64,000 nucleotides of DNA. It comes from Bilabrum cf. latius (lineage: Eukaryota). Of this stretch, positions 23,756 to 37,300 are shown one piece after another; positions within the stretch are counted from its first letter, which is position 1; every line of letters begins with the position of its first letter. The stretch lies in NCBI GenBank assembly GCA_965178125.1, contig OZ237744.1, forward strand, positions 186,001 through 250,000. Direction: 5' to 3'. The notes under the pieces are model-generated. The model had not been told where the DNA came from. It saw only the letters and a list, made by a program, of their open reading frames with translations, and ran no database searches. A program made the translations under genes and the position numbers.

Positions 23756-25893
23756 ATGGAACAGTCCAATGTAAGGCGTTTATCAATCGAGTGATACCGT
23801 GCAGGCAATCCCGTTCCCACACAGAGCATTTCTGTCGCCGATGGTTTTTTTCGAAGTACACCCGTGCGCAGGGTCAGGAGCGGATTCCTTATAGTGAATA
23901 CAGGTTGTGGGACACAGACGAATCAAACCTTGATTCGTGCGAGGAGGTGAGCATGCCCGCGGCGTTTCTGTCGTCCCGTTTGCGACTGTTTCAACTTTGC
24001 GGCATCCCGTTTCAGCTGGCACGACGCTTATTTGCGCAGTACATTTCCGCGTCGGATGATGACAGCGATGATCAGGCGGGTGCCAGTCAATCGCCCATGG
24101 AGGACGCGATTGGCCCCCACTTGCGGCCTGTGCTTGAGATTGAGCGCCCTCCTGGTCATCCATCTGCAGTGCAACGACCAATGAGCAACGAAGAGCAGCA
24201 CGATTCGTCCATGCCGGCTTGGCAGATAGAGTTTCTCGAGCTGTCACGCCACTTGGAACTCGTGGCTCAGCATCAGAGGCGCTCCACGGCGCAGGAGGGC
24301 GCTGCCCCGGCACGCGCGCCGGGAGAGGGGAGCTCTTCGTCTACGACCGCGTCGGCTGCTGGTGCAGCCGGGCAGATATCCCGCCCGGCGTTTGGTGGCG
24401 AACATCTTGGCGCTGCCGGTGTGCCTTCCATGGGCCAGCTGGCCGGGGGGGCACCGCGACCGATGACCATCGCTGAATAGGAAGAGTTGTCCAGCCCACC
24501 GGCGAACAATAGAGATCTCGGGCCATCGCAGGGTCTGGCGCTCGCGTCGATCCAGCCCCAGATCAACTCGTCGTCATCCGCGGTGCAGGTCGCTGCAGCC
24601 CCGCAGTCGTCTTCCTCGCAGGCTTCCTCGGCAACACAGCAAGGCCAAGACATTACCGGCGCTGCAGGTATGTCGTGCCAGCTGGGGCAGCAACCTGCAG
24701 CCAGCGGTGCAGGTGCAAGCAACCCTGGAACCCGGCTGCTGGCTGGCGTGGTGGGCGAGCCGCAGCGATACCTGCAGGCAGTGCTGGCCGACTGGGGGGA
24801 GCAAGGATCCTAGAAGGCGTGGGTCCGGCTGAGCAGAGCCATGGGCGATGCCTCGGAAGGGCAGCGCCGTGGACACGCCTGGGCCCGCGTCCTGGGGGAC
24901 GAGCCGACGATGGATAGCCTGCGGGTGCTGGGAGGGTACGACACCACGATCACACTCCAAGACGCGAGACCCATTGTGAAGGCACTCGTCGAGCTGGGCA
25001 AGCAGTACAAGTTGGCGGGGGAGCTGGGCCACTAGAGCGAACAGGCCGACCTGTTTGGGGTCTTCTGCAGCGTGGCAAAGGTATCTCCCGACGCGCACAT
25101 GATGGAACCGTGGCTTCAGCTCTTTCAGACCGACCCCATGGCATCTAGCCTCTTGGTACGATGGGGGGGGCATGTGCTGGCGACCATCGACCGGCTGTCA
25201 AGCGCCGGTGATGGCGAGGGGGGCACCGATGGGACCTGGCTGGGTGGCGCAGCCGGCGATGATCGCGACGGCAGAGCGGCGTCGTCTCGACCCGGGCAAG
25301 GAGTCGGCGGCGGGGCACGGGAGGCAAGTGGGGGCGTGGAGGAGCACACAGAAGAGGGCGAGTAGACGCTAGAGGAGCTCGGCTTGGTGGCTGCTCTGCA
25401 GAAGTGGCTGAGGCTGGTCGAGCTATGCGCCGCGGAGCGCGGGCCCAACTGTGAGATCGACGATGCGGAGTGGTTCCTCAGGCGCGAGGCCAGCGTGGCA
25501 GCCCGTGCGCTTTCGCTGTACAGGCTGAGGCACAGCTCGGAGGCTGGAGCCTACCTGGCGGACCGGCTGCAGAGGGATATCGTGGAAGAGAGGGAGGGGG
25601 GGCAACAGAAGCCCATGGATCCGGGAGCGATGTCCGGCGCCGCGGCTGGTGGCGATGACGAACGGGACGGGAGCGACAGCGATGAGGGGGGGCTTGACGA
25701 TGCCATGCTGGGATCTTCTGCGAGCCTGGATGCTGGTGACTCGTCGGCGGCTTCGTCATCCTCTGCAGGCAAAAAGAGGCGCGACGACGTCCCGGGCGCG
25801 TATGCCAAGGATATTAGATCGTCGTTGATGATCCTTGCGTGTGCAGCATAGGCACACGACAATGGAGCGTCTGAAGAGAGTTTGGGACGATGA
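23756..25893 (+). CDS. Hypothetical low-complexity protein (orphan)
   Basis: ATG 23756; probable introns 23771..23871 and 23947..24039. Five collinear ORFs in one frame are joined by TAGs at 24478, 24811, 25033, 25363 and 25849. TGA at 25891. Confidence 0.6.
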
Positions 25894-25903
25894 TATCAAC
25901 GAA

Positions 25904-26497
25904 GGACCCAATTGCGATGCTTCTATCGATTTCAAGCGGCGGCGGGAACTGGCAGCCTGGTCTCCACACAGCCAATTGGAACCCCTTCGGTGCTTTCGGA
26001 ATCGAACGCCTTGGCATCTCCCTGCCTGGGGCAGCCTCGGGCCATGGCGTGCAACCCTCCCCCCCTCAACTCCCCGGTGGCCCCACCCCTGCAGAATGAT
26101 CGTGAAGAAACTGGGGCTCCCCACGAAACCCCCACCCTGTCGTATGTGCAGTGTGTGCTGTGCTGTGTGCGGTGCTCCTCGGCCTTGTCGCCTCTCTTCG
26201 AGTCATCAGTGACTCGTCACACCTGTCCTGCTCCAGTTGCAGTTTGAGGCGCGTCAGCTCCCATTCATCGGACCTGTGCGGCATGTTGACACTATCGAAC
26301 GTACTCTTTGGGGTAGCTGCAGCATCATTAGCTAGATCTAGCCCGCAGTACGAGATTGAGGTCACCAGCATGTCCCAGAAGCCCGTCATGTCAGTCGTGA
26401 ACCCGGCAGGCAGTGGGCACTCTCCGTGCAAGTTCACGTTCAACCCTAGTTTTGTGCCAGCAAAAGAAGGATCAGGGATGAATGAAGACATCATGTT
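25904..26497 (+). repeat. Direct repeat copy 2: upstream region plus 5' end of the intact GH130-like gene
   Basis: Matches 22717..23301. Confidence 0.95.
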
Positions 26498-27320
26498 CGT
26501 CCGTGCCGCTGAATGCCCGGACAGCTTCGGTGGTAGCAACGATCACGTGATGATGGCGACTGCGGATCTTTCGACTGGAGCTCTCGGCGACCTCCAGAAA
26601 GGCTTCCAATTCGCATCTGGGAGTGAAGACCCCAGAGTGTACTACAATGAGTATACTTCAACGTACTACAACTTTATGTACATGCCGGGCACCGACTCAA
26701 AGTGCACGAACTCTCAGTGCACCGTGCAGGTGCTGAGCACAAAGACGCCGCTGAACCAGTCCTCATGGCAAAACGAGCACCGCTTCGCGTGGCATCGCAA
26801 CGGGTGTGTGTTCCGTCCTGGACCGAGCACTCCTTACTACGCGCTGTGGGGCGAGGGCAACATCGGGATCAGCTCGACCACGGACTTTGCGACCTTCTCG
26901 CAGATCAGCGACGATTTCCTCAAGCCGCTCGGGCCCCAGTACTCGGAATCGAAACTAGAGGCGGGGGCGCCCCCAGTGCAGCTCTCCGACGGCAACTGGC
27001 TGCACCTCTACGCCGACGCCACGCCCGGGTGGGACCCCCCCAACCACGGGAACTACACGGCAGGGGCCGCAATCATCAGCGCGCCGGCCGATGGCTCTGC
27101 CGCCCCTTCGGTTGTGTGGCGGTCCAAGACGCACCCGTTCGTTCCCTTGCTCCCCTACCAGCAGGGCCTGCCGCCCTACCCCCGGAACCGAGCTGACGTG
27201 ATCTTCCTGCCGACGGTGGTGCCGATGCCTGGTGAAACGGACCTGTTCCGGGTGTGGTTTGGGGCTGCTGATGCTAGCATAGGCACTGCGCTAATGAGGG
27301 TGAAGAAAATCTCGCGCTGA
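26283..27320 (+). CDS. Secreted five-bladed beta-propeller glycosidase, GH130/DUF377-like
   Basis: Signal-peptide-like MLTLSNVLFGVAAASLA. Motifs FNPS, EDPRV and ESKLEAGAPPVQLSDGNWLHLY, plus WFGAAD. No TAG; ends in TGA. Confidence 0.7.
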   Translation: MLTLSNVLFGVAAASLARSSPQYEIEVTSMSQKPVMSVVNPAGSGHSPCKFTFNPSFVPAKEGSGMNEDIMFVRAAECPDSFGGSNDHVMMATADLSTGALGDLQKGFQFASGSEDPRVYYNEYTSTYYNFMYMPGTDSKCTNSQCTVQVLSTKTPLNQSSWQNEHRFAWHRNGCVFRPGPSTPYYALWGEGNIGISSTTDFATFSQISDDFLKPLGPQYSESKLEAGAPPVQLSDGNWLHLYADATPGWDPPNHGNYTAGAAIISAPADGSAAPSVVWRSKTHPFVPLLPYQQGLPPYPRNRADVIFLPTVVPMPGETDLFRVWFGAADASIGTALMRVKKISR

Positions 27321-27495
27321 TGGAAGTTTTTGTGCGCCATTGTACGGCGGCCTGGGGGCAGCTCGAGCTACTATCTAGCTAGCAGTACCGTCGCTGATAT
27401 TTTCGTATTGCTTCTGCTTCTCTTTTTGAATCTTGAATGTATCGCTTCTACCAAAAACTTCGCCGATACATCCTTTACATTTTGGCAGCGAATCA

Positions 27496-28785
27496 ATGAA
27501 CATGCAAAGAATCACGAACTGCGCAGCGCTACGCGGCGGCTTCAGGCGTATGAAGCATCGAGCGTCAAGATGCGGGGCTGGTGCTCTGCGGATCCTGTCG
27601 ACTACACCTGGCGAGGAGCCGCTTCTATTCACGCCCGGTCCGCTGACTACATCAATGAAGACAAAAGAAGCCATGCTTGTGGATTTGGGCAGCAGAGACC
27701 CCCGATTTCTGTCTGTAGTGAAAGACATCCGTTCAGGCCTTTTGGAGCTGGGTGGCGTCTCGCAGCAGGAGGGCTATGAATGCGTACTCATGCAAGGCTC
27801 TGGGACGTTCGGAGTGGAATCTGTTCTTTCAAGTTCGGTCCCGCGAGATGATGGCGGCTTGCTGATAGTGTCTAACGGGGCGTACGGCTAGCGGATGGCA
27901 AAGATCGCCTCTGCGAACCGGGCCACGAGCGCGATGATCTCAAAGCCAGAGACGAGCACGTTCACCCTGGATGACGTCAGGAACGGCATGAAGCAGCTAT
28001 CGGCTGACATCAAGAGGCCAGTGAGCCACGTGGCGGTCGTCCACCACGAGACCACGACGGGCTGCCTCAACCGCCTGGAGGGGCTGCGACAAGCTATCGA
28101 CGAGACAGCCGATGAGATCGGAGCGACCAAGCCCGTGAGGCTCATCGTGGACAGCATGAGCGCATTCGGCGCGCAGCCTGTGGACATGAAAGAGCTGGGC
28201 ATCGATTTCCTGGTCTCTTCCAGCAACAAGTGCATCGAGGGCGTGCCGGGGTTCTCCTTTGTGCTCGCAAACAAGGAGGCTCTTCTGGAGCAGGGAGATG
28301 ATAACGCGCGGTCCCTGGCACTCGATCTCAGGGCACAGTGGGAGGGCCTGGAGAACAACGGACAGTTCCGGTTTACCCCGCCCACGCACGCCCTGCTTGC
28401 GTTCTCGAGCGCGCTGGAGCAGCTCAGGGCCGAAGGGGGGCCCGAGGCCAGGCTAGCCAGATACCAGTCGAATTTCGACGTGCTTGTGGATGGGCTTGGA
28501 CGGCTTGGTTTCAACCCCTTGCTGGAAAAGAGCATCCAAGGCCCGTTCATCGCCACGTTCCTGGTGCCGGATGACCCCAGCTGGGACTTTTCCACGTTTT
28601 ACGAGGAGCTCGCTGCGCGTGGCCTGGTGATCTACCCAGGCAAGCTGACGCAGTCGGACTGCTTCCGCATCGGATGCATCGGATAGCTTCAGAACGATGA
28701 CATGCGGACGCTCGTGGGAGCCGTAGAGGAGGTGTTGAAGGGGATGGGCGTGGCCACGCCCGTCAACCAAGTGGCCCTCGCTTGA
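27496..28785 (+). CDS. phnW: 2-aminoethylphosphonate--pyruvate aminotransferase (class V PLP enzyme) with a probable mitochondrial presequence
   Basis: Motifs LLFTPGPLTTS, QGSGTFGVE, NGAYG*RM, VHHETTTG, VDSMSAFG, SSNKCIEGVPG, RFTPPTH, IYPGKL and FRIGCIG. TAGs at 27889 and 28684; TGA at 28783, followed by AATAAA. Confidence 0.93.
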
Positions 28786-28869
28786 AAAGAGCAATAAATG
28801 GTAGCAATACACTCGCTTCATTGGGTTCCAAATACAGATAAATACTCGGTTGAAAACCATTCGCAAGGG

Positions 28870-31800
28870 TCACACCGCCACGCCTGGCATGGATGGCCTA
28901 CCGGTCACCCCTCCGAGCACCGATGCAGACTAGGTATCTGCCTTGGACGATGGCCACAGCCTCACTTCATGACCACCGACGTCGGCCGACCCGTCTGCCA
29001 CTGCTGCAGCGACGTGCACACTCCCCATTCTCACGGGATCCGCTGAGCTGCTCTCCAGCAAAGAGCTCGTGTCGCTGTCGGCCTCCTGCCTCACACTAGA
29101 TGCGCTCGGTCTCCTGTGCAGCCCAGAGCCTGAGCCGGTCACCCTCGAGAGCTCCTAATGCGACCGAAGAGCCGCCCTTGCGCCCTAAGGCAACTGGACG
29201 GAAATCAATCCGTCTTCAGGCCCGTGTGCTGACGCCCCACCGCCACTGTGGCCCCTGGCAGCACGTCCTCGTTCCACCTGAGTCTTTCGACCGTTTCTAC
29301 TCCATCCACACCCGTCCCGCTGATACACAACAGCGGCAAGCACAGCTGCACCTGCGATTGCAAGGCTTCCTGCTACCAGTGCACCGATCACGCCCGGCGC
29401 CATTGACCCACGGCTCGATTTCCCGTCCTCGGTGCTGCTGTCGTCCACGTCTTCTTTAGCCAAAGGGGTTGGAGAGGCGGTCGGCAGGGCGAGAAATCCG
29501 GGGCTCGGCTGCGGGTCTGCGCGAGGGAACGGCGACTCGAGCGGCTGGAACGAAAAAGGGGCGGCCGGGCTTGAACCTGGGATGTGCAGGTTCCACACGA
29601 CTGTGCTCGCGTAGACCAATCTTCCATGCATGCGCGATGATATCGCACGGTACCAGAAGCCCAGGTGCAGACCCTCCGAGGAGTTTGCCGCCTCCCAGAG
29701 GGTGCGAGGAATGGCAGCGGCTTGCTCGGCGGACATGTCTAGTCCAGGCCCCGCTTTCCTGTACAATAACGGAACCACTTTCGCGTCTCCGGGCCCGATG
29801 ATCGACCGGACGAAGCCCACCTTCTGATTCCGGATAACCTAACCGGTTAGAAGGTCCCGCACCAGGACGTGCACGGTGGAGTTGCCAGTCGGCAGGAACT
29901 CGCCGAAATTGATTGCCACGTACAGCTGCACGGTGGCCCAACGGTGCCCTGCAGCCGCCTCGTCGTGCTCGCTTATTGCTTCCCTAGGGGCCAAACTCGG
30001 TTCGGGTGAATCAGGTTCGGCTTCCTGTGGATTGGGTTCCTCTGATTGCGATCCCCTTTCTCCCGATACGATGGATTTATGAACCAGATCGGCTGGCACT
30101 GGCAGGAGTGCTGCAGCGGTCGGCGTGCGCAAAGGGAAGAATCCCGTGCCGAGAGTGCTGCCATCCGTCACCAAGCAAGCGGACGCGTCCTCCCACAAAA
30201 TCTCGTTAGAGTCAAGCGCGATTAGGACTTGCAAGCAGCTGTACTCGCCCGCCTCGTAATTGGCTCTGCCAGGCAAGTCATCATCGAAGCTACCGCCCTG
30301 CGCACTGCTTCGCAGCAGCAACCCGCCGTCCTGCCGAACCAAGCTGCTCGGAATGAGCTGGAACAAAGGCCGCTAGCTCGATGGCACTAGCATCGCCATT
30401 GTAAGACTAATACCAGCCGCATCCTCTTCCTAGCCTGAATCCTCGTCCTGGGATATACTTCTTTGAGCCGTAGCAACCATGCTGCCCTCGCTACTACCAT
30501 TGATCGCACAGGTGTCGATGGGCAGCCTGAACGCCAGCGCAGCCGAAGAGCACACGGGGAATGCATTGCTGCCTATGTCTTCCAAGAAGGAGCACGACTG
30601 CAGCGCAGTGACGAGCCTTCGGTCCCGACGACTCGGAGAATTGCTTCTTTTCGTCGGCGAGGAGGAGGAGGAGGGCTGCCCGAGCACTCGGCGCCTGCGA
30701 GTATCAGTGGCGAGCCCCGCACCATGCCTCGCATCTCCGCTGAACCGCGCGCCAGATAGGACCCTTCCTTGAATCTCGGGGCTGTATTTTTTCGGGCCAC
30801 GGTGGTCCCAAGCCGTCGCGCCCCACCTGCGGGGGTCACCGGTGTCGTTGACTGGCGATTGGGGCGTGTCTGCTGCCGGCGAGCCGATGCTTTCTGAAAC
30901 GTTGTGCACCCATAGGTTAAGCAATGCGGGGAGGTACGCCTAGCTTCTATCGTTCGGTCGCAGCCATTTAACTCCTGCCTCCATAAACTCGAAACTCGCG
31001 GCCTAGGAAAAGCGCACAGGCTCGGACTACCCCACATCTGTGTTCCTGCCGTGCCTGGCGCACACGTCCTCATCATCCTCGCAAGTCAGGGCCCATACGT
31101 GCTCGATGTTTCCGTTGGAGGGGTCAAGTATCATGAGCGCGGCCGCAGCGAACGGAACCCTGAGCTTGTGACGAGTGTGCGCGCCTTGGTCGAGGCCTTG
31201 ACGCACCGCGAGCACGACCCGGGACGTCGAGCCAGTGCGCTCGCACGAAGCCCCTGTGGGCGGGAGCCCGTGGGAGCTCCGCCACGCGCATGAACTTGCG
31301 CTCCGGAAGACGATCATTTGATGAGGCAGTGTGAGGAACTGCAGAGACCAGTCGAGCGTTTCCTCGGGGCTGGTCGCATCGTCCGGAGCATCCCCAATGG
31401 GCAGCAGCTCGCGCGACAAGTGCCTCTCATACAGGAGGGCAGCGTCGCGCACACCGACGCCCACAATGGCAGTTCGTTCGCGATTTAGTTGGTCCACTGC
31501 TCCGCCGAGGGGCAGGTAGTGCCCTGGCACCGTTGCGAAGACATCGTGTGCCATACTGGTCGCAAACTCCTGCACCGTCGCAGTGTCGGTGTCAAGCCCT
31601 GCCCTCGCGAGCTCAGAAGAAGCTGCATGCATGAACTCAACGTGCGATGGCTTCGAAGTAGCTTGGTAGCTCGGCCAGACAAGCGGTAGCAGCAGCGAGA
31701 GAACGGGAGGCCGCCCTGCTGGAAGCGGCTCCACGAACTGGTCAGGCGAGCCAGTGTCCTCCTCTGGTATCAAATCGTCCTGAGCATTCAGATCAGCGAT

Positions 31801-32238
31801 AAACATCAGCACTTGAGCATCAGAAAAAACGGCTACCCTGGCAACGCAGTCGGATCTCGTGCCGTGTGTCAGCTCCTGCCGAACCCCGTTGCACTCAGAG
31901 CGCAGCCATTGCACCGAGGATGATCTCGGGTAGTTTTCTAGCGCGTTGGATCTCCAGACTACTCTAGAATCGTACAACCTGTATGCCCTCAACTCCACAG
32001 TTCGCGCATTGCTATTCTGAAATAGGTTGAAGGCGAAGGCTTCGAGAGCTTCGGCTTGCGAGCCATGGTCAGAAGCAAGTGCCATGGCACTCTCCTGACC
32101 TCCATGAATCTCGGCAATTTCAACCTGATCGGCGCGTATCGAAGCTGCATCGAGCGGGAAGCCGCTGGGAACAGGGTCTGCACAGCAGCACAAACAAACA
32201 ACAAAGCAGGCAGCAAGTAAAGCAACCACGCTCATCAT
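28870..32238 (-). CDS. Hypothetical single-pass (type I) membrane protein
   Basis: Signal peptide MMSVVALLAACFVVCLCCCA and a TM helix GVIGALVAGSLAIAGAAVLAAVVY. One 3.4-kb frame whose only interruptions are 9 TAGs (31027, 31003, 30940, 30430, 30373, 29839, 29185, 29155, 28930). TGA at 28870. Confidence 0.7.
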
Positions 32239-32491
32239 AGTTCAGCGGGCACCGAGAAGAACTAGCAAATGCGTTATTGCTGCGATTTAGCGCAGCATTT
32301 AGTGCCAATGAGAGATATGGGATGGCAAGAATGGTCACGCGACCCCACACCGCAGATGGTCTTCATCATCGATGTTGGCGTCGGGGTGCAGCCAAGTTGG
32401 CCGCGAGTGGCGGTTTGTGGCAGGATGAGATGCCAATGCCACCGCGCGTCTTGCCTGTTTGCATATCGACCCAGAACAGCAACGCATTCCG

Positions 32492-34171
32492 TTAAAGCTC
32501 CCGTGAGGGACTTGGGCTGCCACCCCAGTCCTCGACGCCCGCGGGCCCATCCAATTCCATGGCGAGCTGCCTGAGCGCGTCGAGGTCCAGCCTGAGCACC
32601 CCAATGCAGTGAGCCTGCTGCCAGGCGTGCGGCACTGTGACATTGCCGACCACTGCATCGGGGACACCGCGTGCCTCCCCATGCCCTTGTGACGAGACCC
32701 CGGCACCGGGGCTCGATCCCGCGCTCCCGCCATGGGACAGCCAGTAGAGAGCGTTGAACAGCTGCACGCCGGACAAGCCGCCCCCGCTCCTGTGGAACCA
32801 GTCGCGAAACTCCGGCCACGGTGTGCCCTAGCCACTCGTCACACCCCATTGCCCACTCGTCACACCATTCGCCCCGACCCTATGGGTGGACGCCTCTGGT
32901 TGCATTGGCGTGGGCACAGTCACCGCCGCGCAGCACCCCGGTTCATGCTCCTCAAAGCCCATGCAAGCCGAGGTGATCAGGTCTCGCGGGGCCATGAAAC
33001 CGAGGGGAACTCTGCCATGCCCGCTATACTTCCACACAAAGGGCGCGTCAGCCCACGTGAGGCTCTCGTTGGAGCAGAAACTTGCCGATGGCGAAGATGC
33101 TCCTTCCTTCTCCGGGCCATGGCTGCAATTTTTCCTTTCGCTCGGCGAGCCGATTGCTCTGCTGCAATTCCTTTTGCCTGGTTCGTCTATCTGCTGCTGA
33201 TCTGCAGGCTGCAGCACTATTGTGCTCGCGTTCACCGGTTCCGCCAAACCCGAGGCCGATTTCTCGTTATCCTCTGCCAGCATGAAAATGATAGAGACTG
33301 CCAGGTTCCTACCCGGGTGTGACACCACCTGGTGGGGGTACCCGGGCGGGACGAACACGCAGTCACCTGCCCGCACCGTGGCTTGGTGAAAGGGGACGTC
33401 GTGCACGCCGGGGAACTCCGTCTCGTTGACGGCCGACGCGTTGAACAGAGCGTAGTCGCTTCGTTGCCTTGCCGCTGCCGTATCGTTTGCCTCTGGCTCT
33501 GTGACCGCCGCCTTGAAGTACAGCTTCTTCTTGTGCTTTGGGCTGACGAACCGCCAGGTCTTAGTGCCTTCTAGCAGGCAGTTGATGATGCTGTCGGCAT
33601 CATTGTGCACCGTTGACACGGTACCACCGGCACTGAGCCACATGTTTGTTTCCTGCAGTCCGTTCATCACGCTGGGACTGCAGCGGATCGCTCGCGGGAG
33701 CCTCAGCTCCGAGGCGAGCGGGGCGGGAATCACCGAAACGACGTACTTGTCCATGGAACGATAAGAACCGATGAAAGTCCCCAGATGCTCCACGGGGGGA
33801 TCAAACTCTCTATTTTCGTGCTTCCGTTCCACCAGCACCGTGACGTTTCCATGCTTCTAGCGCAGTGAATCGTCGTCCCATCCTATTCCATTGGGAAGCA
33901 TACCTCGGCCGAGCTGCCGTAAAACGACAGGCTGCTTGTACTCGTCGTGCTTATCGAATATATTAAATACGTCCTGGTATGTGCGAGAACTATCCAGAAT
34001 CTTGAGCTGCCCGTCCGGCAGTAGTTTGCTGCTAGGGCAACCGAATGGAGCTACGTGCGCCATCCCAGCATTGCATTCAAGAAACTCTCTGACGAAATCA
34101 GTCGAGCCAGCAACTAGCAGCTATAGTAAAACAAATGTAATTGTCTCCCTAAATGGCGCGGATGTGGTCAT
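32492..34171 (-). CDS. JmjC/cupin-like 2-oxoglutarate Fe(II) oxygenase, probably secretory pathway
   Basis: PVVLR, NMWLSAGGTVSTVHND (HxD), KTW and AGDCVFVPPGYPHQV (distal His). Hydrophobic N-terminus and C-terminal SREL. TAGs at 34121, 33857 and 32828; ends in TAA. Start inferred. Confidence 0.8.
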
Positions 34172-34364
34172 CGCATAGCCTGTGCCAATGAGCGGAGCAC
34201 TCCTCCGCCGGCGGGGCCGTGTAGTATCCGGATTGATTCTCATCCTCATTTGAGTCCAGATTAAGAAAAAAGTCCGACACTTCTTGTGGCAACAAGACAG
34301 CTCAGCACGAACCTGCCGATCGTTTTGTTGGGTCATATAGTTAGTGTTGCGTGGCTAGCTCGAG

Positions 34365-37300
34365 ATGTCTTGGTGCCCCGTAGTACCTACGCCGAAGGTC
34401 CGACGGGATTACGGCACGATCTCGAAGCAGGAAAGAGCTTGGATCGCCTGCAGATCGCTAAGTCCGCCGGATTTAAAAGCAGTACTCTCTTGCTGCTCAC
34501 CACAAGAGATTGGATCCACAGTCTGCTTTGATCAATCGCTCGTGCAAGCTTTGTTTGCTGCATTTTTTGCTGAGGCACGGTCTGCTGTGTGCATTGAAGA
34601 CGACTAGGGCTTGTCAACGCATGTGATCAGGAGCCTATTCTCGCTTCCAGAAACTGTGGACGATCCTGCTCCGATTCTTTGCGGCAACGAAGCAGACCTC
34701 TCGGTGGTTACAAAACAGTTTAGCGAGCAGGTAGAGACTCTCGGGAAACGCACTGAAGCGGAGCCATCATGCTGTAGTACCAGATGTCCCAGTGTTGACA
34801 GAATGCATGTTGTTGCTCTAGGCGATGGAACTGTGCTGATGACCGTCGAGGAAGCCAAGCGACGCTACGCAGAATGCCTACAGCTGATCGCTGAGGCTTG
34901 CGGTGGGTTTGAATCGGCCCATTTCAAGACTACCATGGACTGTATGAGCCACAATTTTCGACCGGGTGCTGAAATCGTATACGAGCTGCCGCTGCACCCG
35001 ATCGTGCTGGCGGTAGCAAAGGATATGCCGCATGTTGGAGCGATGATTCGAGCTGCTGCTGCAGACACACAATCAGATTGGACGATCGATAATCGTCACC
35101 ATGTCGTGCCTGGTTCTGGGTTTGGTCTATAGTTCCTGCAAAGGGCTGAAGTCCCAGCAGCAGCAGGATCGTAGGCTATTCACCATTTGCCAATCTTGGC
35201 GGCTCGGTCGGGCAGCGTTGCGGCACTGCAGGCCTTGCTGGACGTGGGCGTGTAGTTCAGAAAGGTTGGCCAGACCGTGGTGCATGAGGCATGCAAGTAC
35301 TCACAGATTGACGTGATACGTTTCGGTATCAATGTGCTACGCATCACTTTCAGCAACACGCTCAAGCTGAAGGGTAAGTTCCCAGTCTCGCAAGCTTTGT
35401 GGGCTAAGGGGTACGAGGCATTTGAGTATTTCATAAAGAACAGAGCAGGCAGCATCAATATGGTCTCAAATTGGAATGAGCTGATCAAAACTGCGATGGA
35501 TTCCCGCCCTTATGCCCTGATTACTATGGTCAAGGCAGGTGTCCGGCACTGGGCAACATCCGGTGTGTTCTATTCGGGCACGAGGCTGCTTCTTGGTGCA
35601 ATAGAGCACAAGGCGGGCTTTGATACTGCGCTTGATATGCTTGTGCAGTATCATTGGACTCGCAGGTGCATTGGTGAGGTGCTACACCGGCGCACGAAAG
35701 GTCCATTTTCCCCAACCAAATATCATGCTTGGCCTTTGCCTGGCCGTTTAGATTATTGTCGTTGGCACCAGCATCACTTCAACAGAGCAACCCGGGTTGG
35801 CAGACGCAATATGAGAGCCGTGATTTCACTGCTAGAGCGCGGCTGGGTGGATCCTAGCGCCCTAGGTCCGAAGCAATCCTAGATTCCCAGCCTTGACCTT
35901 GTGCAGGCCGCAGCTCGACATGGCCATGCACCTGACGATCGAGACATATAGTACGTTCTACAATAGCGTTTGAGTAGTTTGTATGAAGCTCGACCATGGA
36001 TTGAGTTTTACCGAGTATTCTGCCAATTTGGTGACGTATAGTCGACCTTGAATGGTCTGCTGGTGCAAGACTGCGGAGACGTGTCTGCACCGCTAGTGCC
36101 CGCTATCCCGTGTCTGATACAAGCTCTGGTGCTGAAGCAGAGGGGGGGCGCGAGCACAATGAGAGCAAGTGTATGCGTGCTCAATGACCTAGTGCACGAG
36201 CATAAGGCCAGCGCACTGTCCTTTCAAGCGACAGGAAATCAAGTGATGAAATGCGCCTAGATCTTCGGCCTCCGATTTTTCGTGACGCGGATGCCATAGC
36301 CTACTAGGAAGGTCTCGGCGCTTGCACTGGCCTTGCTGTGGAACAATCCGCTGGCCGCAGCTTTTTTCTTGGCTCGCGGTGCGACGCTTGACCCGGAGCT
36401 GGACAAATGGACCGGCGCAGAGGTAGCCAGCTATCTCAAGCATCCGGGTGAGGACGGGTACGTTCGCAGCAAGCATCACAAGGTCATGCTCAAACTCCTT
36501 GTCAAAGGAGATAGTAATCGGTTGCGCAAGTATTTGCTGGGTGATCACGGCCTCCTTAACACACTGAAGAGTGTGATGGGGGGCAGCCTCTAGCGGCAAC
36601 TGGCCGTGGCCAACTGGAGACGGGCGGGCCAGATGCAGGTTGCAATGAAGCAGGCATGGGTGTTTGCGAGGAATGGAAACCTGCGTGCATTGCAGAAGTC
36701 TGCTTTGGTTGGTGCAGAAGCGGGCGCGCTGGTGGGCAAGCGGCCCATGTCGGTTGCGAGTGGGGAGGCAGCAGCCCGACAGCAGTCCTCTGCGTCAAGC
36801 TCCGGCTCCTCCTCTGGTGGTGGGGTCAGGGTGGGGACGTACCGGAGCGAGGGCTGCACTGTGCTCATGGCAGGAGCAGCCAGCGGCAACATCGGCGTGC
36901 TGCATCTTCTCCTGTCCATTGGAGTGAATCCGCTCGAGACCAGCGAGGATGGGGCCACAGCTGCGGACTGGGCGGAGCGGGCGGGCGCATCGGACTGCGT
37001 TGCGCTTCTGCGACAAGCTGAAGATATGTACCGCCGTGCGGAAGCAGTGAAGCGTGAGGCACTTGAGCGGAAAGCGCTTGAGGAGGGAGAAATCCATCGG
37101 TTGGAAACGGAACTTGCAAGGCGCAGGGAGGTGGTGCGCATGTCGACCGAAGACGGCGACAGTGCCGAGTGGGCGCCCCGCCGCACGATGTTTGAGACGT
37201 TCGGTGCCAGTGCGGCTGCTGCCATGCACAGCGGGCCGGCGATGGTGGATCTTCCTGGCGGTGCCGCACAGGCGGCTGCCGCTGCTGCCTTGCAGAAGAA

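Noticed and set aside
22717-26497. LTR retrotransposon
   Set aside because: The interior has no gag, RT or integrase motifs and there are no TG...CA ends. The repeat includes part of a host gene.
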